The notes: generated by a model not told the origin, from the sequence alone. A DNA stretch of 64,000 bases from Octopus vulgaris (GCA_951406725.2 OX597841.1:18662001-18726000), one strand, 5' to 3'. Numbered from the stretch's first letter, positions 1 to 13,132 are shown. A program made the numbers and translations.

Positions 1-285
1 CCTTTCATCCTTTCGGGGTTGATAAATTAAGTACCAGTGATGCACTGGGGTCGATGTAATCGACTTAATCCATTTGTCCCCTCTGTGTTTAGCTCCTTGT
101 GGGTAGTCAAGAAATAGGTATTTCGTCTGCCGTTACATTCTGAGTTCAAATTCAACCGAGGTCGACTATACCGTTCATCCATTTGGGGATAATAAATTAA
201 GTACCAGTTGCGTACAGGGGTCAATGTAATCGACTCTTCCCCACCACCCAATTTCTGGCCTTTTGCCTAGAGTCGAACGGATTGT
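1..285 (+). mobile_element. SINE family A composite (long-tail copy followed by 5'-truncated short-tail copy)
   Basis: Core GCCTTTCATCCTTTCGGGG-TCGATAAATTAAGTACCAG occurs twice; B-box-like GAGTTCAAATTC; same sequence recurs more than 20 times in the window. Confidence 0.8.
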
Positions 286-302
286 TATTGTCGGTGTTGT
301 TA

Positions 303-495
303 GGGTGGCAAGCTGGCCGCATTGAGTAAAAGTCTTGGGGCCATTTCATCCGTCTTTATAATCTGTGTTCAAATTCCACTGGGGTCAACTTTACTTTCCA
401 TCATTTTGGGGGTCAATAAAATAAGTAGCAGTCATGAACTGGGGTCAGTGTAATTGACTTGCAGTCTTACCAGACTTACTGGCCTTGTCCATCTA
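303..495 (+). mobile_element. SINE family A, diverged copy
   Basis: Head GGCAAGCTGGC and core TTTCCATCATTTTGGGGGTCAATAAAATAAGTA. Confidence 0.7.
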
Positions 496-524
496 GTGAC
501 AGACAGACAGAGATAAAGTATTAA

Positions 525-525
525 T

Positions 526-612
<87 letters not shown>

Positions 613-613
613 C
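525..613. repeat. (GGCA)n microsatellite
   Basis: Perfect tetranucleotide run. Confidence 0.97.
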
Positions 614-771
614 ACGAGTCTTGAAAGACCATGGATCCGTATCTGGAGAATTTGTATCAGCTGCTGTTAGTGGCACAGTGTGCTGCTGGTGGCACAATGT
701 CTGCATTTGAAGAAACTCTCCACCAGCACTGTAGACTTTTCTTCTCCTCCTCCTTTTTCTTCTTTTTCTCC

Positions 772-1460
772 TATCATCATCATCATCACCATCATCATTT
801 ATTGTCTGCTTTCCATGCTGGCATGGGTTGGACGGTTTGACTGAGAACTGGCAAGCCAGGAGGCTGCACCAGGCTCCAATCTGATCTAGTAAGGTTTCTA
901 CAGCTGGATGCCCTTCCTTAATGCCAACCACTCTGAGAGTGTAGTGGGTGCTTTTTACATGCTACCGGCACAGGAGCCAGTCAAGTGGCACTGGCAACGA
1001 CTACGCTTGAATGGTGCTTTTTACATGCTACCGGCACAGGAGCCAGCCAAGTGGCACTGGCAACGACCATGCTTGAATGGTGCTTTTTACATGCTACTGG
1101 TACAGGAGCCAGCCAAGTGGCACTGGCAACGACCACGCTTGAATGGTGCTTTTTACATGCCACCAGCACAGGAGCCAGTCAGGTGGCACTGGCAGTGACC
1201 ACGCTCGAATGGTGATTTTTACATGCCACCAGCACAGGAGCCAGTCAGGTGGTACTGGCAGTGACCACGCTCGAATGGTGCTTTTTTATGTGCCACCAGA
1301 AACCATGATCTATGCCAGTGTAGCATAGTACCTGTCAGAGTACCTGTCAATCATTGGGCAATAAATTGTGCTTGAGAAGACCTGTTGTCTCCAGTGAAAT
1401 CAATGTGGCCGATGCCAGTGCTGCCTGATTGGCACATAAAAAGCACCGTTTGAACGTGGC
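772..1460 (-). mobile_element. 3' UTR fragment of RTE-clade LINE (family RTE-a) with internal 66-bp minisatellite and (GAT)n tail
   Basis: Same terminus as the copies at 17390 and 25455 that carry RTE ORF ends; about 5 units of 66 bp at ~947-1300. Confidence 0.8.
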
Positions 1461-1464
1461 CTTT

Positions 1465-1852
1465 CTATACTCTTACTTTTTACTCTTTAACTAGTTTCAG
1501 TCATTTGACTGCGGCCATGCTGGAGCACCGCCTTTAATCGAGCAACTCGACCCTTATACTTTTGTAAGCCCAGTACTTATTCTATCGGTCTCTTTTGCCG
1601 AACTGCTAAGTAACAGGGACGTAAACACACCAGCATCGGTTGTCAAGCAACCAAACATACACGCACACACATATATATATACATATATACGACAGGCTTC
1701 TTTCAGTTTCCGTCTACCAAATCCACTCACAAGGCATTGGTCGGCCCGGGGCTATAGCAGAAGACACTTGCCCAAGATGCCACGCAGTGGGACTGAACCC
1801 GGAACCATGTGGCTGGTTAGCAAGCTACTTACCATACAGCCACTCCTGTGCC
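1465..1852 (-). mobile_element. SINE family B (tRNA-derived head, internal (TA/TG)n, (GAGTAAAA)n tail)
   Basis: Near-identical to copies at 8482, 13945 and 52446; head GGAGTGGCTGTGTGGTAAG...GGTTCAGTCCC. Confidence 0.85.
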
Positions 1853-2149
1853 TATGGCCAGAATAATTTTTTTTTTAATACTGATTTGGCAGTTAGTAAT
1901 AAATGAAAGTCCATGAAATGAAATCGCAATTGCAGTAGGCAATTATATCTTACTTGAGGTATATTTTGTATCATGTACTGAGTTTTCTCGCAATGCCTGA
2001 CGCAACTGCATTGAAGCTTTATTGTCAATGATAAAGAAAGGCAAACCTTTATAGCAAACATGCAAATAGAATAATGGCATGTACAAAGATAAATGTCAGA
2101 GCATGCTTATGAGCGGACAGTGTGTGTGAAGTAAGAAGGGTCATTGAAG

Positions 2150-3851
2150 GTATCTTACTATTAACAGAAATCAGGGAAATAAAGCAAAATATCAATGGAA
2201 TCCTTGCAGGAAGTCTGGTTGCTAACGGCTACAGTTTGGCGTAGATGTGAAGAATGCAGAAGAAGAATAACTACTGAAGGCCTGCTTTGTTGACAACGAT
2301 TTTAGTTTTTCCTTCAGCAGCATAGATGAATAAGTTGTCAGGATGGCCAACTCTGGAACAACCGACGTAGAACTCTCCATGTGAAAAGCACGATGGTCGA
2401 AGGTTCAATCCAACAACTTTCAGCAACTGACCTTCTGCTTTGTTAATTTTTGATAGCAAATCTGGGTTTTAGAGGGAATTGATATTTCTGCTTAGGGTAG
2501 AGGGGTGGCAGTCTGTTGGGGTTAACGGAATGAAAACTATCATTTGGCTGTGATTCGTGATAATTTGGGCTTCTTGGAGACCTGGAGGATGTTGGGTGTT
2601 GGAAAATTCTGTTGGAAAGTGTGTAACCTGATTGAGGTCGGTCACGGTGTCAACCGATCTGTAACAACATTCTTGAGAAGGTAGCTGACTGAGTGAGTCG
2701 TAGTTAAGAGTGTTGACAGCTGCATTTGTAGGTGCAAGAACAGGCCTGACACAAAGCCAATCTGGTTTTATGTATTCCGTTGTAAGATTTGGGTAAATAG
2801 CAGAACATAAGTCATCAGGACTGGGTTCAGGGTGGCCAATGATGGTAGTGTCAATGTATCCATTGCCGTCGAACGTAAGTTGTCCATTGACGATTGTAAA
2901 GAGCATTTGCAAACCCTGGGCTGTAGGCTGACCAGTCTGTAGGAGTGATCTCATGTTGTTGGTGAGTTGTTTTGATTGGACATGCGACCAAAGGAGGGAC
3001 TTTTTAAGGCAGGCATTAAGGTCATCAGTGGGTGTTCCTTTGGGTATAATAGGCAGAGTTTATGGAAAATCTCCTGCAAGAAGCAGAGTCACACCTCTAA
3101 GAATGTTGTTGTTTGATCTAAGATCCCTCATTGTGATATGAAGTGCATGTAGGGAACATTGAGGGGACTTTGTTGCTTCAACCCAAACAAAGAGTTTGCA
3201 CTTCTTCAAAATTGCCGCTTCGTCCGAGTAATGCATTGTGTGGCACGTTGGGTTCATTGATGTGCCTCATTGACAGGCAATTTGAAGGCAGAGTCTGCTA
3301 TGCGTCCACCGTGGAGAAGATTCGAGGCTATTTCTGAGGAAGCACCAGCAATTGCTAGGTCACCATTATGCCACAACTTTGCAACAAGAAGATTCAAGAA
3401 GAATGTTTTCCCAATTCCACCGGGTGCGTGTTAGGATGGTCCCGCCAGAGTGTGTGGAGATGTTTCCGAGGACGAAATTGCATATGTGATCTTGATCGGA
3501 ATTCTGAAGGGGCCTGTTTTCAGCAATATAATGTCTGAGTTTGTCGATGTTGTAGGATGTTTCTCTGAGAATGAGGCGATGCATACACACACACGCACAC
3601 CTTCTGGTGTAAAGGAGTCAATCAGTTTCGGACCATTACTTCGCAAAGAGTTATCTCCCTTGTCCACAATAGTCACCATAGAAGATTTTTCTGGCTTACT
3701 GACCCTAGAGGCTCCATTACTCTATATTACTCGATAAGGAAAAATCTAAAGTGTGTCGAACCATCTGTGGAACATAAGTGACATATTTGCCAAGCATGAA
3801 TGATACTGGATGAAAAATATTCATTTTACATGAGATCAAGCAAATAGTCAG

Positions 3852-3887
<36 letters not shown>

Positions 3888-3909
3888 CTTCTGTCTTATA
3901 TATTTTAGA
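2150..3909 (-). mobile_element. Degenerate, internally deleted Helitron (Pif1 helicase remnant)
   Basis: Frameshifted fragments with Pif1 motifs: ILRGVTLLLAGDF, PVLAPTN, INKAEGQ..KVVGLNL..FSHGEFYVGCSRV. Helitron-like 5' start A|TCTAAAATATATAAG...GTTGTGTG at ~3909. Confidence 0.85.
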
Positions 3910-4078
3910 TATACAACAGGCTCCTATCAGTTTCCATCTACCAAATCTACTCACAAGGCTTTGGTCGGCCTGAGGCTATAGTAGAAAACACTTGCTCAAG
4001 TTGCCATGCAGTGGAACTGAACCTAGAACCATGTGGTTGGGAAGCAAGCTTCTTACCACACAGCCATACCTGCACCTG
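3910..4078 (-). mobile_element. SINE family B, 5' half
   Basis: Matches the head of the 8482 copy. Confidence 0.75.
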
Positions 4079-4654
4079 TAAAAGAAAACTATACAACAGT
4101 TCTGTTCAAATGAAAGAGCTTTAAGATTAATCTTATGGTGAAAACCTTATCAAAACATATTAGCTACAAAAACTTTGGAGTGGATCAAAGTGATGAAAAA
4201 AGGTGTCTATTGTAAGAAATTCAAATATTTTTTATCATTTTAAAGATATTTAGTGTTATAAAAGACAATATCTGATGTTATGGGTCACTTGTCTTAGTGG
4301 GACAGTGTGTTAAATTGAGGTCTAATATGTATGGCTTCAGTTTTCTATAGAATCTGGTTGCAATCTTTTGCTCCCTTTTCTACAGGTATTTAATCAATTT
4401 TCTGAGCTACATTTACCGCTAGTTTGCATTCAAAAATTACTTCATGTGAAAGAGCTACATGAGAAGAATTTTATGGAGAAAACCTTATCAGAAAATATTA
4501 GCTACAAAAAACGTTAGGTGACTTGAAGTTGCCAAAAACAAAGTCAATTTTAAAATATCAAAATATTTTTGTCTTTTTAAGAGAAAAATAATATTTCAAC
4601 TCAAAGAGTTCATTCAGACAAATATTTTGAGGAAAACCTCATATTAAAAATATT

Positions 4655-5040
4655 CCTTTCTACTCTAGGCACAAGGCCTGAAATTTTTGGGAAGGGGGCC
4701 AGTTGATTAGATTGATCCCAGTATGCAACCGGTACGTAATTCATTGACACTGAAAGGATGAAAGGCAAAGTCGGCCTTGGTGGAATTTGAGCTCAGAATG
4801 TAAAGACAGATGAAATACCTATTTCTATTTCTTTACTACCCACGAGAGGATAAACAAGGACAGACAAACGGATTAAGTCGATTACATCGACCTCAGTGCG
4901 TAACTGGTACATATTTAATCGACCCCGAAAGGATGAGAGGCAAAGTCAACCTCGGTGGAATTTGAACTCAGAATGTAATGGCTGTCGAAATACCGCAAAG
5001 CATTTCGCTTGGCATGCTAACGTTTCTGCCCGCTCACTGT
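4655..5040 (-). mobile_element. SINE family A composite
   Basis: Two cores joined at 4819/4820. Confidence 0.8.
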
Positions 5041-5360
5041 GATTTCATTTTAATCTTTATTATTCTCTTTATTTATTAAAATATTAAAAACATTTTAAAA
5101 AAATTGCACTCATTAAAAAAACTAATTATTTAATTAGAATATAGCTTTATCTTTTAATAAAGATTATTTGAAAATATATTTATTTGTAACAGATATGCTG
5201 TTGTCAATCCTTTGTTATTTTTAGGTGCAAACAAAATTTCCAGGTGTAAACAAAGTCTTTATTTTAAAAAATATTTGCAATAATATCACTTTTTAAAATT
5301 ATAAAAGTAAATATAATTAATTATGATTATAGAAACATTGCCTGAAAAAGAAAAATTGAG

Positions 5361-6380
5361 CTAGAATGAAAAATGCAGGTGCAGAATGCTAGAACATTCC
5401 GAAGTACTAAAACTGGGAAAGTACAAGGCAAGAAGTCAAAAAAATAAATAAATAAATATTGCTGCTGAAGTTAGAATTTCCGGCGTAAATTTCTGAAATT
5501 GTTCACCAAACTGCATTCACCTCTTTGTTTTCGTTTTTTTTTATATATACATATTTTTACTTTTTATGGCAAATTATTTTTATTTATTATTTTTATTTTA
5601 AAATTTCTTTGTATTAAGTTTAAACATTTCTGTCATATTTTTAGTATTATATTATTTTTTGAATTTTATTTTCTTAACAAAACTCATTATCTAAAATTTT
5701 TAAATCACAAATATTGTGTTATAAAATTAAATTCCTGTAAAATATATCATCATCATCATCATCGTTTAACGTCCGCTTACCATGCTGGCATGGGTTGGAC
5801 GATTTTGACTGAGGGCTGGCGAACCAGATGGCTGCACCAGTCTTCAATCTTGATCTGGCAGTGTTTCTACAGCTGGATGCCCTTCCTAACGCCAACCACT
5901 ACACAGAGTGTAGTGGGTGCTTTTTGCGTGCCACCAGCATGGGAGCCAAGCCAGGTCGACTTTGCCTTTCATCCTTTTGGTGTCGATAAATTAAGTACCA
6001 GTCACGCACTGGGGTCGATATAATCGACTTAATCCGTTTGTCTGTCTTTGTTTGTCCTCCCTGTATTTAGCCCCTTGTGGGTACTAAAGAAATAGGTATT
6101 TCGTCTGCCGCTATGTTCTGAGTTCAAATTCTTCTGACTTAGACTTTGCTTTCCGTCCTGTTTCTTGAGGGGAGGGGTCAGTAAGTATCAGTTATGCACT
6201 TGGAGGAGGTCAACATAATCAACTAGCCCCCTTCCCCCCAAATTTTCAAGGCCTTGTGCCAAGAGTAGAAAAAATAATTTTTCTTACATTTTAAGTTTTT
6301 TCTCTTCTCGTCCTGCACTTTTCCAGTTTCAATGCTTAAGAATATTCTAGGATTCTGTGCCTACATTTTTCATTCTAGTG
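5361..6380. mobile_element. Non-autonomous DNA element with ~75-bp imperfect TIRs, containing a nested RTE-a tail (5748-5950) and SINE A composite (5950-6275)
   Basis: CTAGAATGAAAAATGCAGGTGCAGAAT... (5361) is the reverse complement of ...ATTCTGTGCCTACATTTTTCATTCTAG (6378). Confidence 0.6.
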
Positions 6381-6440
<60 letters not shown>

Positions 6441-6628
6441 TAGATAGATAGATAGATAGATATGTATATGGGTGTGTGTGATTGTGTATAGAAGAATATA
6501 TTAATAAAAGGAATTCCAACCTTGTCTGATTTTCACGTTTTATTTACAATCTTATAATGATATAATATAATATAATATATTATAATTGAATAAAATAAAA
6601 TAGTAGAATGTTAAATGTTCATTCTGAT

Positions 6629-6673
6629 TGAACTAGTACTTTCATGCATTAAATTCTGCAATCTTCAGGTTCA
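6629..6673 (-). ncRNA. Minimal type-I hammerhead ribozyme motif (Penelope-like pLTR remnant)
   Basis: Minus strand: TGAAC-CTGAAGA-TTGCA.GAATTTAA.TGCAT-GAAA-GTAC-TA^GTTCA. 5-bp helix I, complete core, palindromic AGUACU helix III. Confidence 0.65.
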
Positions 6674-6939
6674 CATAGTAGTGGTGACAGTCATGCTTCA
6701 CAATTTTTGACTGTAGCGAGATGATTGAATCTGTACCTTAAATACAGCTGGGTAGGCTCCAGATTGCTAGGTTTTGCAAACTGTATTCTGACCAATCAGT
6801 GTGTAGTATCACTCAATTACTTAAGAAATGTTTATATATATATATGTGTGTGTCTGTGTGTATGTATTCTTTTATGCATTTTAGCTCAAAGGCTGTGGTC
6901 ATGCTGGAGCACTGCCAGTACCATCACCTTTTCAATGAC

Positions 6940-9140
6940 TATTCTCATGTGGTAGGCTTTTGTTGAACGAAGGACTTTGATGTTGCTGCAGTCTTTTGAG
7001 TTTCCTGCTGTGATCTAGATTCACCTGGAATCTTGGACAGTTCTAGGTCAAGGTGCTTCTTGAAAACACCTGAACCCATTCCAAGTGTCTCCCTCAGGTT
7101 TTTGGCAAGGGGATTAAACAGCTGTGGGATGAATGTATTGAAGAATGAGTGGTACCTTTGAAACAGTGCTGATTGGGGACATGTATAACTCTTGGTGCCA
7201 AAGTTTGGTGCCAGCCTCTCTGGAATCTTCCATATATTTATTACTGCATATCTTTCCTGTATTTGCTCCAGGGGGCAGAGTTGTAATTCTTTCAGTCTCT
7301 CCCATTTACCCAACCATTTCAGTGATGCAACCTTCCTGGTGTAGTACCACTGAATGACCCACAGCTCTATGCTTAATTTGGCACTGTGGGGTGACCATAG
7401 CCGAGAGCCGTAGACCAGAGAGATGAGGACAAATGAGCATAACCTGCTGGAGCTTTCTTCTAAATGTTCTCAGAATCCAGCCAGCCATTCATCTGCACAT
7501 GTTGGTGATCATCCTCCTCATCATCATTTAACATCTGCTTTCCAGGCTAGCATGGGTTGGACGAATGATTGAGGGCTGGCAACCCAGATGGCTGCACTAG
7601 ACTTCAATCTTGATCTGGCAGAGTTTCTACAGCTGGATGCCTTTCCTAACGCCAACCATTGAGAGTGTAGTGGGTGACTTTACGTGCCACTGGCACGTGG
7701 GCCAGTCCAGTGGCACTGGCAACGACCTCGTTCGAATCTTTTTCACATGCCACTGGTACAGTTGCCAGTAAGGCGATGCTGGTAACGATCACGCTTGAAT
7801 GGTGTCTTTTACGTGCCACCGGCACGGAGGCCAGATAGCCGGTCTGGTAACGATCATGCTCGGATGGTGCTCTTAATACCCTACTAGCACGGGGCTCGAG
7901 TGCCAGTAAGGCGATGCTGGTAATAATCACGCTCAAATGGTGCCTTTAAGTGCCACTGGCAAAGAAGCCGGTTAGCTGCTCTGTCAACGATCACATTCGT
8001 ATGGTGCTCTTTGCACCCCGCTAGCACGGATGCCAGTTATTGGATTTGATTTTGATATATGCATGAAACAAGGGGTCACTCCCCAGGTCAAGCACTGCTC
8101 TTGACCTTGAAACTGCCAATTCCCTTGATACAAAATATGTTTATTGCAGTATGTTAGCAGAAGCTGGCTAAAAGTGGACGGCTTGGAGTTTTCCTACATT
8201 AAATTACATGTTCCTTTCTTCTGCCCGTTCACATATAACATCAAAATCTTTCTGTAGAAGTTTAGCATTGAGAGGATTCCTGAATGCTTCTGATATTTCT
8301 GCTTCGTCTACGTAGCTAGTATAACAGATGGCTTATCTGAGAAAGCCACCATAAACAGCAGCAGCCTCAAGATCATTCCTTGAGGCACTCCACTCACTAT
8401 TATTAATGCTGTTGTACCATGTTCCCGATGTAGGGGGAATAGCCGAAATATCATCTGTACCAGATTCCCGTTAAAGTCATAAGGAGTAGCTGTGTGGTAA
8501 GTAGCTTGCTAACCAACCACATGGTTCCGGGTTCAGTCCCACTGCGTAACATCTTGGGCAAGTGTCTTCTGCTATAGCCCCGGGCCGACCAATGCCTTGT
8601 GAGTGGATTTGGTAGACGGAAACTGAAAGAAGCCTGTCGTATATATGTATGTGTGTGTGTGTCTGTGTTTGTCCCCCTAGCATTGCTTGACAACCGATGC
8701 TGGTGTGTTTACGTCCCCGTCCCTTAGCGGTTCGGCAAAAGAGACTGATAGAATAAGTACTGGGCTTACAAAGAATAAGTCCCGGGGTCGATTTGCTCGA
8801 CTAAACGCGGTGCTCCAGCATGGCCACAGTCAAATGACTGAAACAAGTAAAAGAGAGTCTTGTTGCTGCTTTGTAAGGAATCTGTTTATGATTCAACATT
8901 AACATCATCTGCCATTGCTGTTGCTTTTATTTGGAATTTTAAAAAAGAATGGATTTCTCTGTGAAGAATCCAAATGAGGAAAACCCAGTCTCTTTTACAG
9001 TGGAAGGAATTCTTGATGATATTTGTTCTTCAGATGAAGAGTTTAAGCTTAAATACAGAATGAGAGTGATACAGACAATCAAACTGGTGAAACGGATGAG
9101 GAAAATAGCGATTTGGGTGGGCAAATTCTGTAGTTAAGAG
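6940..9140 (-). mobile_element. Highly degenerate CR1-clade LINE, interrupted by an RTE-a tail (7520-8050) and SINE B (8482-8858)
   Basis: RT remnants VSGVPQGMIL..LLF, LLQKDFDVI..AEERNM*FN at 8180-8400; C-terminal AGWILRTF and WERLKELQL..LE...ERY..I.IWKI. Confidence 0.75.
8482..8858 (+). mobile_element. SINE family B, full length
   Basis: tRNA-like head with B-box GGTTCAGTCCC; conserved 3' body. Confidence 0.88.
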
Positions 9141-9147
9141 ATAGACC

Positions 9148-9195
<48 letters not shown>

Positions 9196-9204
9196 TATTA
9201 TTAC

Positions 9205-9242
<38 letters not shown>

Positions 9243-9243
9243 A

Positions 9244-11602
9244 TTTATGGGTTTTTCTTCTTCTTTCAAATTTGCTTCCATTTCTTGCCGAGTGTCTTCC
9301 CGACTCCTAGGGCAAAGAAACTCATAGTATACATTGGTAGGCCATTAAACTAAACTCAATAGTTCGTTCATTTTTTTTTTTTTGATAGAAATAAAGTTAA
9401 ATTAAAATTCATGGGTAGTAATAGTTCTCACATCGACAATGCTCTTCTCAAGACGTGTGATGTACCAGTTAAGACAATCTTTTGCACTTCTTGCAGGGTT
9501 GGTAAGCCAGGGATCATTCTCATATAATTTTCGGTTCCCTTCTTGATCATTCCTAGTGCTCCTACGATCACTGGTATTGTAACCGCCTTGAGATGCCACA
9601 TTTTCTCAATTTCAATGAGTAGGTCTTTATATTTTCTGAGCTTGTCAAACTCTTTCGCCGAGATACTATGATCACAGGGGATGCTCATGTCGATCAATAA
9701 GCAAACTTTATTGTTTTGGTCTTTCACAACAATATCCGGTTTATTGGCTTTGATGGTTCGGTCTGTATGTACTGGAAAGTCCCACAGAATCGTTACATTT
9801 TCTCCTTCAGTTACAGCTTCAGGGTGGTGATTATACCACTTGTCGGCAGTTTTGATATTGTAATGCCGGCTTATTAGCCAGTGTAGATATTGGCCAACTC
9901 TGTCATGTCTTAATTTATACTCCACTGGTGCTTAAGACTTTACATCCAGAGATTAGGTGGTCCACTGTTTCAATCATGTCGTTGCAGAATCGGCATTTTG
10001 GGTCTGCTCCATTTTTCATCACATTGGCCTGGTAGTTCCGGGTTAATAGGCTTTGATCTTGAGCAGCCAGGATGAAACCTTTGCTCTCTGCATTTAGCCC
10101 TGAGCTCCGTAGCCACTGATGGGTTTGCTTCTGGTCAACATCAGCTTGTTTGCTGCGGGCCACATATTTGCCGTGCAGAGGTTTCTCCTCCCACCTATCA
10201 GCCAATTGCTCGTGTGCTTTTTTCGTTGCCATTATTTTCACCTTCTTTGCAACAATAGTTGCCGTACTTCCCTCGGGTTGTTCAGTTTGGGTATCCTGCA
10301 TGAGATCAATAGCAAATTTTTTGCTTTCCTTTATGATAGAATGAAGCTTCTTTCGTCTCTCGTGATTTTCCACGAGCTTTAGCATCCAGTCATTCGTTAT
10401 TTCAAGATATTTGGCCAGTCCAATTGTGGTTGTTTTGTAAGCTAGTTCAAATTGGATCAGGCCTCGACCTCCTTGGGTTCTGGGGAGGTAAAGGCGATCT
10501 ACGTCTGCCTTTGGGTGGTGCATCCTATTACAACTCAGCAGCTTGCGTATTTTCCTATCTATATTCTTTACTTCACTCATATTCCAGTTCAACACATTGT
10601 AGCTATAAGTAACAACTGGAACTGCTAAGGAATTTATTGCTAACACCTTGTTACGTGCATTTAGTTCAGATTTCAGGACTGCTCGAACTCTCCTATAACA
10701 TTCCTTCCTGATCTTCTCTTTCATGCTTATGCTGAATATCAGAGCCTTCATTTATCCCTAAATATTTGTAAGTTTGTTCTTGCTCAAGCTCTCTTATGGC
10801 TGTGTCAACATCTAACATGACTGAATTTGTGGAAAATGGCCTTGGCACACTTCTCAAGTCCAAACTCCATCCCGATGTCATCACTGAATGCTTTCACCGT
10901 GCGCAATAGGCCTTCAAGTTCATTATCGTCTTTACCATAAAGTTTTAAGTCATCCATATAAAATAGATGGCTTATTTTTTTATTGACATTTTTATACTCA
11001 TACCCTGTTCTGTTTAATTCACTTGTAAGGGGTATGCAGAATATTAGAGGTGAAAGTGAGTCACCTTGAAAAATGCCACAGTTGATGTTTATATTTTCTG
11101 AGGCAAGTACTCCATTAGAGTGGTATAATTGGAGATTCGTATTCCACAATAACATATTATGCTTCAGGAAGCTTGAAATCACAGGGGAAATTTTGAAGAT
11201 GTCCAGCGATTTCAAGATCCATGAATACGGTATACTGTCGAAGGCCTTTTTATAGTCAACCCATGTGGAGCTGAGATTTCTGCGCTTGTTGTGACAGTTC
11301 TCAAAGGTAATACGATTAATTAGCAGTTGATCTTTGCATCCGTATGAGCCTCGGCGGCACCCTTTTTGTTCAATGGGGAAAATATCGTTGTTCTCCATGA
11401 ATGCATATGTTTTCTCCGCCAGGATAGATGTTACGATTTTATACGTGATGGATAAACAGGTTATAGGCTGATAGTCTTTTGGAAGTTTGGTTTCGTTATT
11501 CTTTGGGAGTAGGTAAGTAATACCACTTGCTAACCATTCAGATGTTTTCTTTGGGTCTCTCATAATTCCATTGAGCAGCTGAACTAGCTTACCGTGTGCG
11601 CA
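9244..11602 (-). mobile_element. 5'-truncated R4/Dong-clade non-LTR retrotransposon (RT, CCHC finger, restriction-like endonuclease), frameshifted
   Basis: ORFs 10805-11563 (YQPITCL, DYKKAFDS, GIFQGDSLSP, YMDDLKLY), 9915-10751 (CRFC..ETVDHLISGC) and 9428-9925 (RHD, KPDIVV, LIDMSIP, KLRKY). (AAT)n on both sides. Confidence 0.93.
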
Positions 11603-11637
11603 TTATTAATTATTATTATTATAATTATTACTATCAC

Positions 11638-11673
<36 letters not shown>

Positions 11674-11690
11674 GATTATTATTAATATTA

Positions 11691-11762
<72 letters not shown>

Positions 11763-11977
11763 GGCAGTGAGCTAGCTGAACCGTTAGCATGCTGGGCAAA
11801 ATGCTGTCACTACGTTTTGAGTTCAAATTCTGCCAGGGTCAACTTTATCTTTCATCTTTTCAGGGTTGATTAAATAAGTACCAGTTATGTAGTTGGGTCA
11901 ATGTATTCGACTTAATCCCTTACTCCAAATATGAAGCCTTCTGCTTCCAGAAGAAAGGATTGCTATTATTGTTGTTG

Positions 11978-12017
<40 letters not shown>

Positions 12018-12049
12018 CATTATTATTAATTATTATTATTATTATTAAT

Positions 12050-12081
<32 letters not shown>

Positions 12082-12088
12082 ATTATTA

Positions 12089-12119
<31 letters not shown>

Positions 12120-12122
12120 ATT

Positions 12123-12167
<45 letters not shown>

Positions 12168-12181
12168 TATTATAACTATCA

Positions 12182-12224
<43 letters not shown>

Positions 12225-12237
12225 CATCATCATCATC

Positions 12238-12287
<50 letters not shown>

Positions 12288-12303
12288 CATTATCATCATC
12301 ATC

Positions 12304-12344
<41 letters not shown>

Positions 12345-12398
12345 TACTACTACTACTACTACTATTATTATTATTATTATTATTATTTTTATTAATTA

Positions 12399-12441
<43 letters not shown>

Positions 12442-12498
12442 ATTATTATTATTGTTATTAATTATTATTATTATTATTAATTACTATTATTATTATTA

Positions 12499-12535
<37 letters not shown>

Positions 12536-13090
12536 ATTATTAATTATTATTATTATTATTATTATTGAGTGAGAGAGCAGTGCATGCCATCAAAGTGACA
12601 CTGGGGTAAAATATACGAAGCCCAATATACCCATCATGACTACCCGTCTGATAAAGGTACACCAGGCACATGCATCACAACCATATGTGCGCGACATGGT
12701 GATCTCATATCAAGATAAACAGCACATGACCTTGCAGGTGGGGCCCAGTTAGAATTTCCTTCAGGTTGAGTAGCCCATCCCGCCCAAAAGGTCCCTGAAT
12801 AAGGGTTGTTTAAGGATGTTGAAGGAACCACCCATGTTTCCAGAGGTGAATTATTCAAACCCCAAAGAATCCCTCTCAACACATGGCTATGATGCTCCCC
12901 CACTACTTCTGCTCGTGATCAGAGATGCCCATATCGTCAGCCACTAAGGGACATGCTCAACTAGTTAAGGTCAAACAACTGACAAGCAAATCTGTGGTAT
13001 CAATACCACAGATTTGCTTGTATTTGTATTTGCAGAATATTTGCTGTAGCCCATCTTTTATACCAAGACAAAACAATGTACATGATAACA

Positions 13091-13132
<42 letters not shown>

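Noticed and set aside
908-1328. Regular 66-bp repeats considered as a CRISPR array or repeat protein
   Set aside because: No unique spacers and no cas genes; the repeats lie in the RTE 3' UTR
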